A stretch of 64,000 nucleotides of DNA, taken from positions 2,736 through 66,735 of the forward strand of contig CAZFIB010000012.1 in the NCBI GenBank assembly GCA_964518865.1, written 5' to 3'. The notes under the pieces are model-generated. The model was not told the DNA's origin. It saw only the letters and a list, made by a program, of their open reading frames with translations, and searched no databases. This stretch comes from an uncultured Thermodesulfobacteriota bacterium (GTDB lineage Bacteria > Desulfobacterota > WTBG01 > CAIYCZ01 > CAIRTM01). Numbering within the stretch: the stretch's first letter is position 1; each line of letters starts with the position of its first letter. The translations under genes and the position numbers were made by a program. Positions 31,406 to 41,547 of this stretch are shown one piece after another.

Positions 31406-33466
31406 ATGACACTACAAAGAAGATTTACTCTGTGCTGCTGTGCGGTTGCTGTCTGCGCTGCTCTTTTCTGCAGCTGCGATCAGCGCTCCGGCGAGGAGCC
31501 CTACAGCGGCGGCTATGACAATGCAAGCATAACAACACTTACCCAGGAGGAGGGCTACCCCGAGGTCCGCTTTCCGGTCAACCAGCTTGTCGTCTACGCA
31601 GAAGACGATGCCGGACATGAGGAGGTGCTGGAGGCGCTCAACAGCATGCGCGGGGTGAAGGTGATCGGCCAGGCCCCCTCTGTGGGCTTCTACCAGGTCG
31701 AGGTCAGGGCCGCGAGCAGGGAGGGGCTCGATCAGGCCAAAACCTCAATCCTTGAGAGCGATCTCATCAAGGGCGCCTCGTACAATATCCTCATGTCGGA
31801 CCGCTCGGATCCGGGTTCCTGCCCGACCGAGCCGGATGTGCTCATGTCGTTTCTGATCGAGCACGACCGGCTGCCCTACTACCAGACCGGCTATCAGACC
31901 GCCCTTGAAATCATGCAGGGCCTGCGCGACACCATCTCCCTGCAGGAAGTAACGATCGGCATTCTGGAAGACGGCTACGCGCGCGGCAACGGCCAGTTCG
32001 ACGATATAACCATCGACAACTACTCCGAGCGCGATTCACGGGGCCGCCGGGTGTCTCTGGATTACAGTGACTCGCACGGCACAGCGGTCGCGGGCATTAT
32101 CTGCGCCGACAACGACGGTGCGGAGGTCAACGGCCTGGCAAGCACGCTGATCGGCACAGACCGCCTGCGGGTTATCATGGCCAAACAGAAAAAACTCGAT
32201 TTCATGTCCTACTGCGCCGCACTTGAAAGCCTGATTATAGACGGCGGGGCGGACATCATCAACAACAGCTTCGGTCTGGGGCCCTTCGACAATGAAACGG
32301 CTCAGGAGACGCGCGATACGATTACTGCTTTTAAAGAGGTAATGCGGCGGTTTTCCTATGTTCTGTTCGTCAATGCCGCCCCGAACGAATCTGTCGAGCT
32401 CAACGGCCGCAACGACGCGCCCGCGGGCATAAGTCTCGGAAATACCCTTACGGTCACAACCTGGAACCACGATGATGCCACCCGGCGCTACAGCGGTGCG
32501 GCCTACGGCGATGTGGTTGACATAGCCGCCGCCGGACACGAGCTTATCATTCTGACTCCTTCGGGCGGAACCAGGGAGGACTGGGGCACCTCCTATGCAA
32601 CGCCGCAGGTGACCTCGGCAGCGGCGCTGCTCAAGTCGATCGATCCGAATTTGTCCCCCCTGGAAATCAAATCAATGCTGCTCGATCCGTCCTTTCACGG
32701 CGAGCTGACCCAGCCGGGCGGCGGCATTCAGCTCAGTTTTTCAGCCCCGCTTGTCGACCTGCTGTGGGAGAAATACCAGAACACCTCGTGGGGACCCCTG
32801 CTGCTCGATGCCGACGGGGACGACCTCCATGATATCGCGGAAATTGTCGAAACAACTATCTGCGAGCAGGCCTCGCTGACGGTCGGCGATTTCGGCTCGT
32901 TTGAGAACTATCCCGAGCATGCCTGCAACAGCGGCACGGCCATGTACATGGCCAGCGACGGGTCTGACTGGAGCCTGTTCGTCGTGAGCCTGTTCAGCGA
33001 GAACAGCGACCGGCTCAACCTCAGCCTGGACACCTCCAGCCCGCAGGAGTTCAACCTTGAGAACACCTACAGTCTTTCGCAGGACAGCATGTCGATTAAT
33101 ATAGAGAGCGATCGCCTGGTAGATGACAGCGACTGCACTGTTGAGGACCCTGAAGACGGCGACTTCCGCTACCAGGGGTTCAGCGACAGCGGCTCGTACC
33201 GTTTTACGCGCTGCACCGTCAGCGAGCGCAATTCCGACGGCAAGGCCAAGTATCTTAACGTCGATATCTACTATTCCGGCAGCGCCGACGGGCATCTCAT
33301 GACCTATTATCCGTCGAACGACATCGAACCCATCGACATCGACGAAATGAGCGTGGACTTCGACGGGTTCGTCAAGAGCGTGCGGGTGCAGACCCTTGAC
33401 CCCTTCGGCACCTACACGCAGGCGGTCGAGGAGGCCTGCCTGCAGAAGGAGAGCGAGGAGGAGTAG
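31406..33466 (+). CDS. Subtilase (S8) lipoprotein
   Basis: Lipobox-like LFCSC, HGTAVAGII, INNSFG, GTSYATPQV. Confidence 0.85.
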   Translation: MTLQRRFTLCCCAVAVCAALFCSCDQRSGEEPYSGGYDNASITTLTQEEGYPEVRFPVNQLVVYAEDDAGHEEVLEALNSMRGVKVIGQAPSVGFYQVEVRAASREGLDQAKTSILESDLIKGASYNILMSDRSDPGSCPTEPDVLMSFLIEHDRLPYYQTGYQTALEIMQGLRDTISLQEVTIGILEDGYARGNGQFDDITIDNYSERDSRGRRVSLDYSDSHGTAVAGIICADNDGAEVNGLASTLIGTDRLRVIMAKQKKLDFMSYCAALESLIIDGGADIINNSFGLGPFDNETAQETRDTITAFKEVMRRFSYVLFVNAAPNESVELNGRNDAPAGISLGNTLTVTTWNHDDATRRYSGAAYGDVVDIAAAGHELIILTPSGGTREDWGTSYATPQVTSAAALLKSIDPNLSPLEIKSMLLDPSFHGELTQPGGGIQLSFSAPLVDLLWEKYQNTSWGPLLLDADGDDLHDIAEIVETTICEQASLTVGDFGSFENYPEHACNSGTAMYMASDGSDWSLFVVSLFSENSDRLNLSLDTSSPQEFNLENTYSLSQDSMSINIESDRLVDDSDCTVEDPEDGDFRYQGFSDSGSYRFTRCTVSERNSDGKAKYLNVDIYYSGSADGHLMTYYPSNDIEPIDIDEMSVDFDGFVKSVRVQTLDPFGTYTQAVEEACLQKESEEE

Positions 33467-33467
33467 C

Positions 33468-33728
33468 ATGAAGCTGAATATCAAAGCTTTTGCTTTGACC
33501 TGCGGCATCCTCTGGGGGGTGGGGCTGCTGCTGACAACCTGGTGGATTATGCTGTTTGACGGCGCTACGATGGAACCCACCCTGATCGGCAAAATCTACC
33601 GCGGCTACTCGATCAGCATCCCGGGCAGCTTTATCGGTCTGGCCTGGGGGTTTTTCGACGGCCTTGTCGGCGGCGCCGTGTTCGCCTGGCTGTACAACAC
33701 TCTGGTTGAAAAATTTGCAGCAAAGTAG
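33468..33728 (+). CDS. Small two-TM membrane protein (family often labelled 'holin-like')
   Basis: MKLNIKAFALTCG..YRGY..GSFIGLAWGFFDG..FAWLYN; SD GGAG. Confidence 0.8.
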   Translation: MKLNIKAFALTCGILWGVGLLLTTWWIMLFDGATMEPTLIGKIYRGYSISIPGSFIGLAWGFFDGLVGGAVFAWLYNTLVEKFAAK

Positions 33729-34045
33729 TTCGTAAGGCATTTGCGGGGTTGGACCCGGTCAACACAGGGTAAATCCTTATTAATCAATTCAAAAACATAC
33801 GTTTTCAGGGCTTGGAATCTCATTTTTGACCCAAAAATCAGCTTTCCAAGAAACAATAACGTCTGCGCAGGCTAAACTGATTGATCAACCCTGTCCTTTT
33901 CTGCTTTATAGCACTTACTTCATGACTGAAACCGGCTTTCTAAGGCATTATTTCAGGCTGAAATGAACCTTGTTTATCATTGTTTCAAACACGTACCGGG
34001 GTCCGGCACCAGCACTTACCACAACATGAAAACGCTTAAAAATGG

Positions 34046-36232
34046 TTATTGTGTTTTTCGGAGATAAAAGTTCAAAGAAGGTGTCCGGTCATGATAAAAC
34101 TCGTTTTCCATCAGAGTATAGTCGTTATACAGCGTTGAACATTCGTTTTTGTCGCCATTGGATTCGATCTGGGATTTCAAAAACAGATCAACCGCACCGG
34201 CGACATCCCCGCCGTTTATACTGCACGCAACGCCGTCGGCAGTCTCGGAGCATGAAATACCGGAGACCGTAATCTCAACCGATTCACTTGTTACCCCAAA
34301 GCAGTCCTGACCGTCCGCCGGCTTCTTTTCTTTTGTCGCCACCAGGCTGTCTATCGACAAACCGTCCTCGAAATTGAAGATTACCGATATGTCTTCATGA
34401 ACCGAAAAGCACTGATCATCATAATCGGCGGAAACGGTAAATTCCCCGTCCGCATAGGTTCCGTATCCCTGCGGGGGGCAGGGATACAGCCCGTCAGGAT
34501 CGCCGCCGCCCCAGCTCGGATTCAGCGCCCGGTAAATGTTTCCATAGTCCGCTTCCGAACAGAGTGAAACAGCATTCAATTCCAGATATGCACAGTTATA
34601 AACCGACAGATCTGTTCCGGCAGTCGTCGTGGTAGTTGATTCGGCTGCGGTTGTTGTCGTGGTGGTATCATCGGCAGGTGTGAAGGTTATGTTCACCCAG
34701 CGGAATCCGACATACTCCAAACTATAGTTCCGGTTGCCGTCGCTGTCGGTGGTGTATTTTCCGCCGTTGACGCGGACACCGATGCGGTTGAGCCCCGGGC
34801 TGAGCCTGAAGGCGGCAGTACCATACTCGGTGCCGTCCTCCCTGAATTTCGCAGAATATACATCCTCAATCGCATCACTTTCGGCTTCGATAAAATAGTC
34901 AACGCCGGAAGGACCACTTACCGCGTAGCTGTCCGTTAGTTCACCGATTCGCACCCTTTCGCCGCTCGCTCCGGATTCGCTGCTGCGTTCCAGGTAAAGG
35001 GCGTATTCGGGGAATTCACCATCACCGATGGTTGCATCCTCTAGCTGGTCCCACAGATACGTACCGTCAAGCGCGGGATCGAACAAATCACGTTTTTCCT
35101 TAAAATAGATTTCGGGAAATTGGTCGCCGAGGTTGTCTGCATCGGAACCGGAACTGTAGGGCTCAAAAGCGCCTTTCGCGAAGCTGTACAGTATTTCGCG
35201 CTCCTCTCCCGGATAGTTCGGGTCTGCTACGTGCAGGACGCCTTCCTCGAGCCCCTGGCTGTTCGTGCGGCGGGACTCCTTATACACGATCATTGCATGG
35301 CCTTCCCGTTTTCCTTGAGCGGTCGTGCGGTATATGGTGGCAAACTGCGGTTCCCCTGAAATCAGAATCGCCTGGGAAAACATATTAAAAGTTGCCAGAT
35401 CGCTGTGCTGCCTGTCATGCCAGGACAGGTCATCCACAGCGACATTTGCTCCCAGGACATTTTGTGCCACAGAGCACAACTTGTAGGCCAGAACATCGTC
35501 ATACTGCAAATCAGGTGTTTTATGGTAGATATTGCCGTCATTGTCGTATCGGCCGAAGAGCGGGGGTGCGCCCTCCTTGAGTTTTTTTTCGGTATAATAA
35601 TACAGTGCCATGATGGACTGGCCGGCGCAGTGGCCGTTGGGCGCAACCCAGGAGCCGTAGTTGGCAAACTGCCAGTCGTCGATGCCGGGCTTGAATTCGC
35701 TGTCGATAAAGCCCAGGAGTTTAGCCTTGGGAACGGCTACCGCGACAAAATCAGAAAAGTGCCGTGTGAGAAAGGTTATGCCGTCGCCCCCGGACGCGAC
35801 TACAGTCATGCCTTCCAGGCGGTTTCCCGCTTCATCGTAATAAAAAACCATCGCCTCATGATCATCCGGCACCGCTGCCGGCAGCGACACGGCCACAAAA
35901 TCACCGGCCCGGCTGTTGCCGTTATCCACCGAAACAAGCGGCGTCAGCAGCTGTGCTCCTGCAGGCAGGTTATGGTTTGTCACCTGCCGGTACGAAATTT
36001 TGAGTGTCTGAGATTCACTGAAGGCACCGGCCGGCACATCGATACTCATGCCATTGATCAGCTCATCATCGCTTGTAACGGTTATGACTCCGCCGCCGTC
36101 ATCGACCGTTTCTGTCGTAACATCAACCGTATCACCCGGCACGATAACCGGCGTGGTTCGGCTGCAGCCTGCAATACAGCTCAACAAGCACAATACAAAC
36201 AACATGTTTTTATGATATTTTTCAAAAGACAT
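34046..36232 (-). CDS. Lipoprotein with a ZU5-like N-region, possible Cys-protease core and Thr-rich linker
   Basis: Lipobox IAGC; VPAGAF..TRHFS; GHCAG..GHAMIVY..ADPN. Confidence 0.7.
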   Translation of the reverse strand: MSFEKYHKNMLFVLCLLSCIAGCSRTTPVIVPGDTVDVTTETVDDGGGVITVTSDDELINGMSIDVPAGAFSESQTLKISYRQVTNHNLPAGAQLLTPLVSVDNGNSRAGDFVAVSLPAAVPDDHEAMVFYYDEAGNRLEGMTVVASGGDGITFLTRHFSDFVAVAVPKAKLLGFIDSEFKPGIDDWQFANYGSWVAPNGHCAGQSIMALYYYTEKKLKEGAPPLFGRYDNDGNIYHKTPDLQYDDVLAYKLCSVAQNVLGANVAVDDLSWHDRQHSDLATFNMFSQAILISGEPQFATIYRTTAQGKREGHAMIVYKESRRTNSQGLEEGVLHVADPNYPGEEREILYSFAKGAFEPYSSGSDADNLGDQFPEIYFKEKRDLFDPALDGTYLWDQLEDATIGDGEFPEYALYLERSSESGASGERVRIGELTDSYAVSGPSGVDYFIEAESDAIEDVYSAKFREDGTEYGTAAFRLSPGLNRIGVRVNGGKYTTDSDGNRNYSLEYVGFRWVNITFTPADDTTTTTTAAESTTTTTAGTDLSVYNCAYLELNAVSLCSEADYGNIYRALNPSWGGGDPDGLYPCPPQGYGTYADGEFTVSADYDDQCFSVHEDISVIFNFEDGLSIDSLVATKEKKPADGQDCFGVTSESVEITVSGISCSETADGVACSINGGDVAGAVDLFLKSQIESNGDKNECSTLYNDYTLMENEFYHDRTPSLNFYLRKTQ

Positions 36233-36283
36233 AACTTCCCCTTTTTTCTTTCAGATTTACGGTCGACTGTTTGAATTGCTTTG

Positions 36284-36447
36284 GGGTGCATTCCCCGAAG
36301 CTTGCTTCGATTGCGGAAAAACACGTGCAGCAAAAAGATAAGATTGCTTTGTCGCTGCTGCTTCTTCTAAGACGAGCATGTCATCGCGAGGCCGAAGGCC
36401 GTGGCGATCTCCACGATATCCCATAGCTTGCTGCGGGGTAGTTCATT
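36284..36447. repeat. Cluster of degenerate REP/RPE-like palindromes
   Basis: agattgctttgtcgc, tgtcatcgcgaggccgaaggccgtggcgatct, ccccgaagcttgcttcg and agcttgctgcggggtagttcatt. Confidence 0.5.
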
Positions 36448-36635
36448 GAAATTTGAAATGCAGTCTCTAAAGCATAAATGCTATGCCTGTGCCTGTCAAC
36501 AAAAACAGAGTGGTGCGGCATGATCAGACAGCGTTGCGATGATGTGCCGTTTTCAGATTGGGTTGAGGAACGCATTGTTTAATGGTCCCTTGCGTCATCA
36601 GACAAAATCTATTGAACTTCAGCATATCCTTAAAC

Positions 36636-37163
36636 TTATAAATTTTCTGGTTTCATTTCTACATTTGTGTTTCCGAGAATGTTTGACAGTTCCCTTGTAA
36701 CATATAACGCCTCTTCTCGATTTTTGAAATTTTCTATATGAATATCTTTGCAGCCGTTTCGACAGATCAAATCGACAAGATAATCAACAGTTGTGTTTTC
36801 GTAGTCATCGACTATTTTTTCCAGTTGTATTTTTTGAATGTCGTCAAAGCCGGCAGCACGCCTGTTATTGCAAAAGACGGTTTTTGCAGCCGTATCAAAA
36901 GAATATTTATTGCCGGCAACCGAGGTCTTTCGAAAACCGACAACGCCATACACCGTAGAAGCAATAGAAGCGATTAGAAGCACTGTTACAAAAATAATTT
37001 TAAAATCAATATGTTCCTGCAGGTTTAAGATGACACCCATGACAAGCAGCCCCATGAAAATCATGTAACAGATACCGACAAGATACCGCTCAAATAGTAT
37101 TGCCCGGGAAACCCTCAGAACAACAATATGCGGTTCCGGTTTGGAAAAAGAAATTGTTTTCAT
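36636..37163 (-). CDS. Hypothetical two-TM membrane protein
   Basis: 175-aa AT-richer ORF with two hydrophobic helices. Confidence 0.7.
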   Translation of the reverse strand: MKTISFSKPEPHIVVLRVSRAILFERYLVGICYMIFMGLLVMGVILNLQEHIDFKIIFVTVLLIASIASTVYGVVGFRKTSVAGNKYSFDTAAKTVFCNNRRAAGFDDIQKIQLEKIVDDYENTTVDYLVDLICRNGCKDIHIENFKNREEALYVTRELSNILGNTNVEMKPENL

Positions 37164-37348
37164 ATGCGCAGTACTGTTTGTCCGGGCCGAATGGATTCTG
37201 CGATAAAGTCGCAGAATGAGCGCTTCGTTATGGCACGCAGTACAGTTGTCCTGAACGTCTCATCAAAGAATCGAATATCAAAAAAACAAAGCAGGGTTGA
37301 GGAACGAAACCCGAAAAATTATTCATCGCCGACACCGTCACGAAACGG

Positions 37349-40300
37349 TTACGTGTTCCGCGATGCTTCCAGCGCCTGGCGGGCGCGGTACATGAAAGCC
37401 TCGATGCGGGTCCGGTCGCCGGCCTGCTCCGTTCCGTCATACACCATTTTCAAGACCGGCACGCCGGGGTAGTCCCGCGCAAACGAGCCGAGAAGCGCGT
37501 TGACGATCGTACCCGGCATGCAGCCGAAGGGGATCAGGTTCGCAACACCGTGAATGCCGCTGCGGGCGTATTCCACGGCCCTGCCGAGGCTCAGGTTGGC
37601 CTCGCCCCTGAGGTGCTCGGAGGAATACGGGCTGCAGAGCTTCATGGCCTCGGCGGTCGGGTGGTCGGCAAAGAACGGAATCCCGTCGGCCTTGAAGCAG
37701 TTGCTGATTTTTTTCACCCCGGCGGTCTGCACGGCCGACTTCACCTGCTCGATGCCGTAGCGGTAGAAATCGCCCTCGCGCCGGAGGTCTTTTCTGCGCT
37801 CCCAGTCCGTATAGCGCACCCACTCCTGCATGGTGGGCATAACCGCCTCGCCGCCCAGCTCCCCGATCGTATCGATAAAAAAGCCGTTGCTGAACCGGTT
37901 GGAGCGCACGTAGATTTCCCCGACGATTCCGATAAGCGGCCTGGGGGCACGCCGGTCCACAGCGATGGCGGAAAAGCGTTCGGCGGCATACGCCGAACAC
38001 CCTTTCAATGTGCCGCTGTGCCGCACGTCGGCCATTGCCCGCTCGAGGCATTCGCGATAAACGTCGTCGCTGTCGCCTTTTGTGCGCTCGTAGGGCCTGG
38101 TATGCAGCAGCAGCTTTTTCAGCATGTCCACAAACACGATGCCCTGCCAGGCCAGCAAACGGAACCCGCTGCCGAATCCCTGCAGGCTGCTCTCATAGTC
38201 GGTGTTCTGGTCGAGAATCATGACCGGCACGTCATTAAGGCCCAGGGCGTCGAGCACCTGGCGGTGAAACCGGTTGTACTGGCCGAACCGGCAGGGCCCA
38301 AGGGCCGAAGGCATTAAAAAGCCGGAACGGTCAGGCCGAAAACCGGGGGACAGGGCTTTTTTTACGATGTCGCCGGTGGTCAGGATGCAGGGGTAGCACT
38401 CCCTGCCCGAGGTGTGACGGCGGCCGAGCTCCAGGGTTTCTTCATCGGACATGGGCAGGGCCTCGGCCCGGATGCCGTTGCGCAGCATGGCGGCGGCAAG
38501 CATGAGGCCGTGGTCGTCCATGTAGGGCACGTAGACGGTGCGGTGGTTTGAAGAGGCCCGGCGGCTTTCCGCGGGCCGGGCTGCCGGGCGCCTGACAGCC
38601 GTGCGCGCACTGCTGTCAAGAAAGGCTTCCAGCCTGGTCATCAGTCCCGCATCGGCGCTGTGCTCGTCGATCTCGACTGCGAGGTAGGGCTTGCCGTTCA
38701 TCTCGCGCTCGAAATATTTGGTAATGAACGAATCGGGACCGCAGGAGAAATTGGAAAGATACACGGCGCTGAGCCGCTCGTTGCCGGCAATGATGCGGGC
38801 GGCTGAGAGTATGCGCTGGCCGTAGCGCCAGTACATGGTTTTCATGCCCTCGGGCGGCTCTATATCGAGCGGCAGGAAGTCGAGCGGCACGGCCTGCGCA
38901 CCGAGCTCGCGCAGCTTGTCGGGCAGGCGCAGGTTCAGGCCGGGATCGCAGGTGTTGTAGGGCCTGCCGACAATGACTGCCGAGGGAATGCCCTCGGGGA
39001 GTCCGGCAAGCACCTCGTGACCACGCTCCTGCAGGCGGCGCTGAAACGCTTCAAGCGCCGCACGGCCCGCCCTGATCGCCCGCCCGGCCGCGCGGCCGCG
39101 GCGCCCGAGCATGCGGGCCAGATTTCTGAGCTGCGGCTCATACACCCGCGGACCCCATTCAAAGTGCAGCACCGGCGAAAGAACGCGCGGGCGGCAGCCG
39201 GAAAACCCGAGCGCTGCGTCGGCCACGAACGGCAGGGCCTGCACATACGGGCAGTTGTATGAGGCGGGGGCACCGGCTGCGACCGGCTCGCCGTTGACAA
39301 CGCAGGGCAGGAGCAGATAGTCGACGCCTTCTTCGAGCAGCGCGCGGATGTGGCCGTGCGCGACCTTGATCGGAAAACAGAACTCCTCGGCCGACAGCTC
39401 GCAGCCCTGCCGTATGATCGCGCGGTTGGTGGGCGGCGAAAGCCTCACCCTGAAGCCCAGCTCTGCAAGAAACGCCTGCCAGAACGGGTACAGCTCGAAA
39501 AAAAGCGTTGTCCGCGGCAGGCCCACACAGGGGGCCTCAGGCGGAACAGGCTGCCCGGGCGCACAATCTGAAAGCAGCATGCGCTCGCGCTCGGCAAAGA
39601 GGTCCGGAATCTTAAGGGTGGCAGAGCTGTGCCGTTTCTCGTCGAATTTGCCGCACCTGCTGCCGTAGCAGAGGGGCTTTTCGCCCTCGAGCCGCACGGA
39701 CCGTATCTCGCAGGCATTGGGGCAGTCGGAGCAGGTAAACGAGTCGAGCTCGTAGCTGCGGCCGGCAAGGTCAAATCCCCGGAAGCGTGTCGGCGAGCCT
39801 GCGATTGCATCGCGGGCGATCAGCGCGCAGCCTATGGCGCCCAGCACGTCGTGATGTGGCGGAACCGTGATCTTCGTGCCGCACACCTGCTCGAAGGCAG
39901 CCCGCACGCCGCGGTTGTAGGCCGTGCCGCCCTGGAAGAAGATCACGTCCCCCACGCGCCGGTTTTCGACCACGCGGTTCAGGTAGTTGAACACCACCGA
40001 ATAGCAGAGCCCGGCCGCGATATCCGATGCAGGCGTGCCCTGGCGGAGGCAGCTGGTCAGGCTCGATTCCATAAAGACCGTACATCGCTCGCCCAGATCG
40101 GCCGGGTTTTTCGCGGAAAGCGCCAGGTCGCTGAACTCGTCTTTAATGCTGATGCCGAGCCGCTCGGCCTGCTCCTCGAGAAACGAGCCGGTGCCTGCGG
40201 CGCACACCTTGTTCATGGTGAAGTCGACGACCGTCCCGTTGTCGAGCGAGATGTATTTCGAGTCCTGCCCGCCGATTTCAAAGATGGTGTCAACGCGCGG

Positions 40301-41536
40301 ATCGGCGGCAAGAGCGCCGCGGGCATGCGCGGTGATTTCGTTTTTGATGAAATCGGCACCGATAAAATCGCCGATCAGGTAGCGCCCGGATCCGGTGGTT
40401 GCCGCCCCCCGCACGACCGCTCGGCCGGAGACCTCGCGGCCGATTTCATCAAGGCCCCGGCGGACCGCCTCGATGGGCTGTCCGGCCGTCATGAGATAGC
40501 GGCGGGCGATGACACCGCCCTGCCGGTCGATCAGAACCAGGTTGGTGCTGATCGAGCCGACATCGACGCCGAGGAAGGCGTCGCAGGGAGCATCTCCCGC
40601 CGCCGGCCGCGTTTCGATATCGAGCGCGGCCCCGCTTCCTGAAAGCGCGCACAGGCGCGACGGAACCGGCTTTCGTGTGCGGATGAAGTGCTGCAGGCGC
40701 TCAAGCCCGCCGAACCTCCCGGCACCGCCGCTCTCAGTCATGATCAGAACAGCGCCGACAGCGCCCATGAGGGCGAAATGCCGCGGCACGACAAGCTCGT
40801 TTTCGCTGAGCCCTAAAACATCCTGCAGCGCCCTGATCATGCCGCGGTTGGCGGCAACGCCCCCCTGAAAGGCGACCGGCCGCTTGAGGTGCCGGGCGCC
40901 GACGAGGCTGCCTTTAACCGTCCGGGCGAGCGCGATGCACAGGCCCATAATGATGTCGTGCTCGGGCGTCGCGATCTGCTGCAGGTGAATCATGTCTGAT
41001 TTTGCAAAAACGCTGCACCTGCCCGCGATGTTCGCCGGGTGGGTCGATTTGAGCGCCAGCGCGCCGAACGCATCCTCTATGGCAACGCCCAGGCGTGCTG
41101 CCTGCTGATCGAGAAACGAGCCGGTGCCTGCGGCGCAGACCGAGTTCATGACAATGTCGCTGATTGACGCCCTGCCGTTTGACGAATCTCCGTCAAGCAG
41201 TATGAGCTTCGAGTCCTCGCCGCCCATTTCGATGATCGTCCGAACGCCGGGGTGCAGGCGGGCGGTGGCTGCTGCATGGGCGATAATCTCGTTGACGTGA
41301 AGGCAGTTGAGAAGGCCGGCAACCGGTGCGGCCCCGGAGCCTGTCAGTGCGACAGCCGATACGGTGGTGTGCGGCCTGCGCTGCAGCATGTCCTCGAGAA
41401 CCGCCAGCGCTGTTTCAAGCTGAAGGCCGCGTGTGCGCCGGTAGCATGTCTCAAGCACATCGCCGCCCGGCGTCATGAGAACAGCCTTGACGCTGACCGA
41501 GCCGATGTCCAGCCCCATGAACATATCGTTCGGCAT
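37349..41536 (-). CDS. CoA-substrate-specific enzyme activase (2x BadF/HgdC ATPase, DUF2229, dehydratase-like C-terminus)
   Basis: GLDIGSVS / GVDVGSIS, two EITAH-type and GG(E/Q)DSK..CAAGTGSFL blocks, FCFPIKVAHGH, FSCGPD, PFGCMPG. Start MPND at 41536. Confidence 0.92.
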   Translation of the reverse strand: MPNDMFMGLDIGSVSVKAVLMTPGGDVLETCYRRTRGLQLETALAVLEDMLQRRPHTTVSAVALTGSGAAPVAGLLNCLHVNEIIAHAAATARLHPGVRTIIEMGGEDSKLILLDGDSSNGRASISDIVMNSVCAAGTGSFLDQQAARLGVAIEDAFGALALKSTHPANIAGRCSVFAKSDMIHLQQIATPEHDIIMGLCIALARTVKGSLVGARHLKRPVAFQGGVAANRGMIRALQDVLGLSENELVVPRHFALMGAVGAVLIMTESGGAGRFGGLERLQHFIRTRKPVPSRLCALSGSGAALDIETRPAAGDAPCDAFLGVDVGSISTNLVLIDRQGGVIARRYLMTAGQPIEAVRRGLDEIGREVSGRAVVRGAATTGSGRYLIGDFIGADFIKNEITAHARGALAADPRVDTIFEIGGQDSKYISLDNGTVVDFTMNKVCAAGTGSFLEEQAERLGISIKDEFSDLALSAKNPADLGERCTVFMESSLTSCLRQGTPASDIAAGLCYSVVFNYLNRVVENRRVGDVIFFQGGTAYNRGVRAAFEQVCGTKITVPPHHDVLGAIGCALIARDAIAGSPTRFRGFDLAGRSYELDSFTCSDCPNACEIRSVRLEGEKPLCYGSRCGKFDEKRHSSATLKIPDLFAERERMLLSDCAPGQPVPPEAPCVGLPRTTLFFELYPFWQAFLAELGFRVRLSPPTNRAIIRQGCELSAEEFCFPIKVAHGHIRALLEEGVDYLLLPCVVNGEPVAAGAPASYNCPYVQALPFVADAALGFSGCRPRVLSPVLHFEWGPRVYEPQLRNLARMLGRRGRAAGRAIRAGRAALEAFQRRLQERGHEVLAGLPEGIPSAVIVGRPYNTCDPGLNLRLPDKLRELGAQAVPLDFLPLDIEPPEGMKTMYWRYGQRILSAARIIAGNERLSAVYLSNFSCGPDSFITKYFEREMNGKPYLAVEIDEHSADAGLMTRLEAFLDSSARTAVRRPAARPAESRRASSNHRTVYVPYMDDHGLMLAAAMLRNGIRAEALPMSDEETLELGRRHTSGRECYPCILTTGDIVKKALSPGFRPDRSGFLMPSALGPCRFGQYNRFHRQVLDALGLNDVPVMILDQNTDYESSLQGFGSGFRLLAWQGIVFVDMLKKLLLHTRPYERTKGDSDDVYRECLERAMADVRHSGTLKGCSAYAAERFSAIAVDRRAPRPLIGIVGEIYVRSNRFSNGFFIDTIGELGGEAVMPTMQEWVRYTDWERRKDLRREGDFYRYGIEQVKSAVQTAGVKKISNCFKADGIPFFADHPTAEAMKLCSPYSSEHLRGEANLSLGRAVEYARSGIHGVANLIPFGCMPGTIVNALLGSFARDYPGVPVLKMVYDGTEQAGDRTRIEAFMYRARQALEASRNT

Positions 41537-41547
41537 AAACGGATCCC

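Noticed and set aside
33468-33728. Prophage suggested by a holin-like gene
   Set aside because: No phage structural, lysin or prophage integrase genes nearby.
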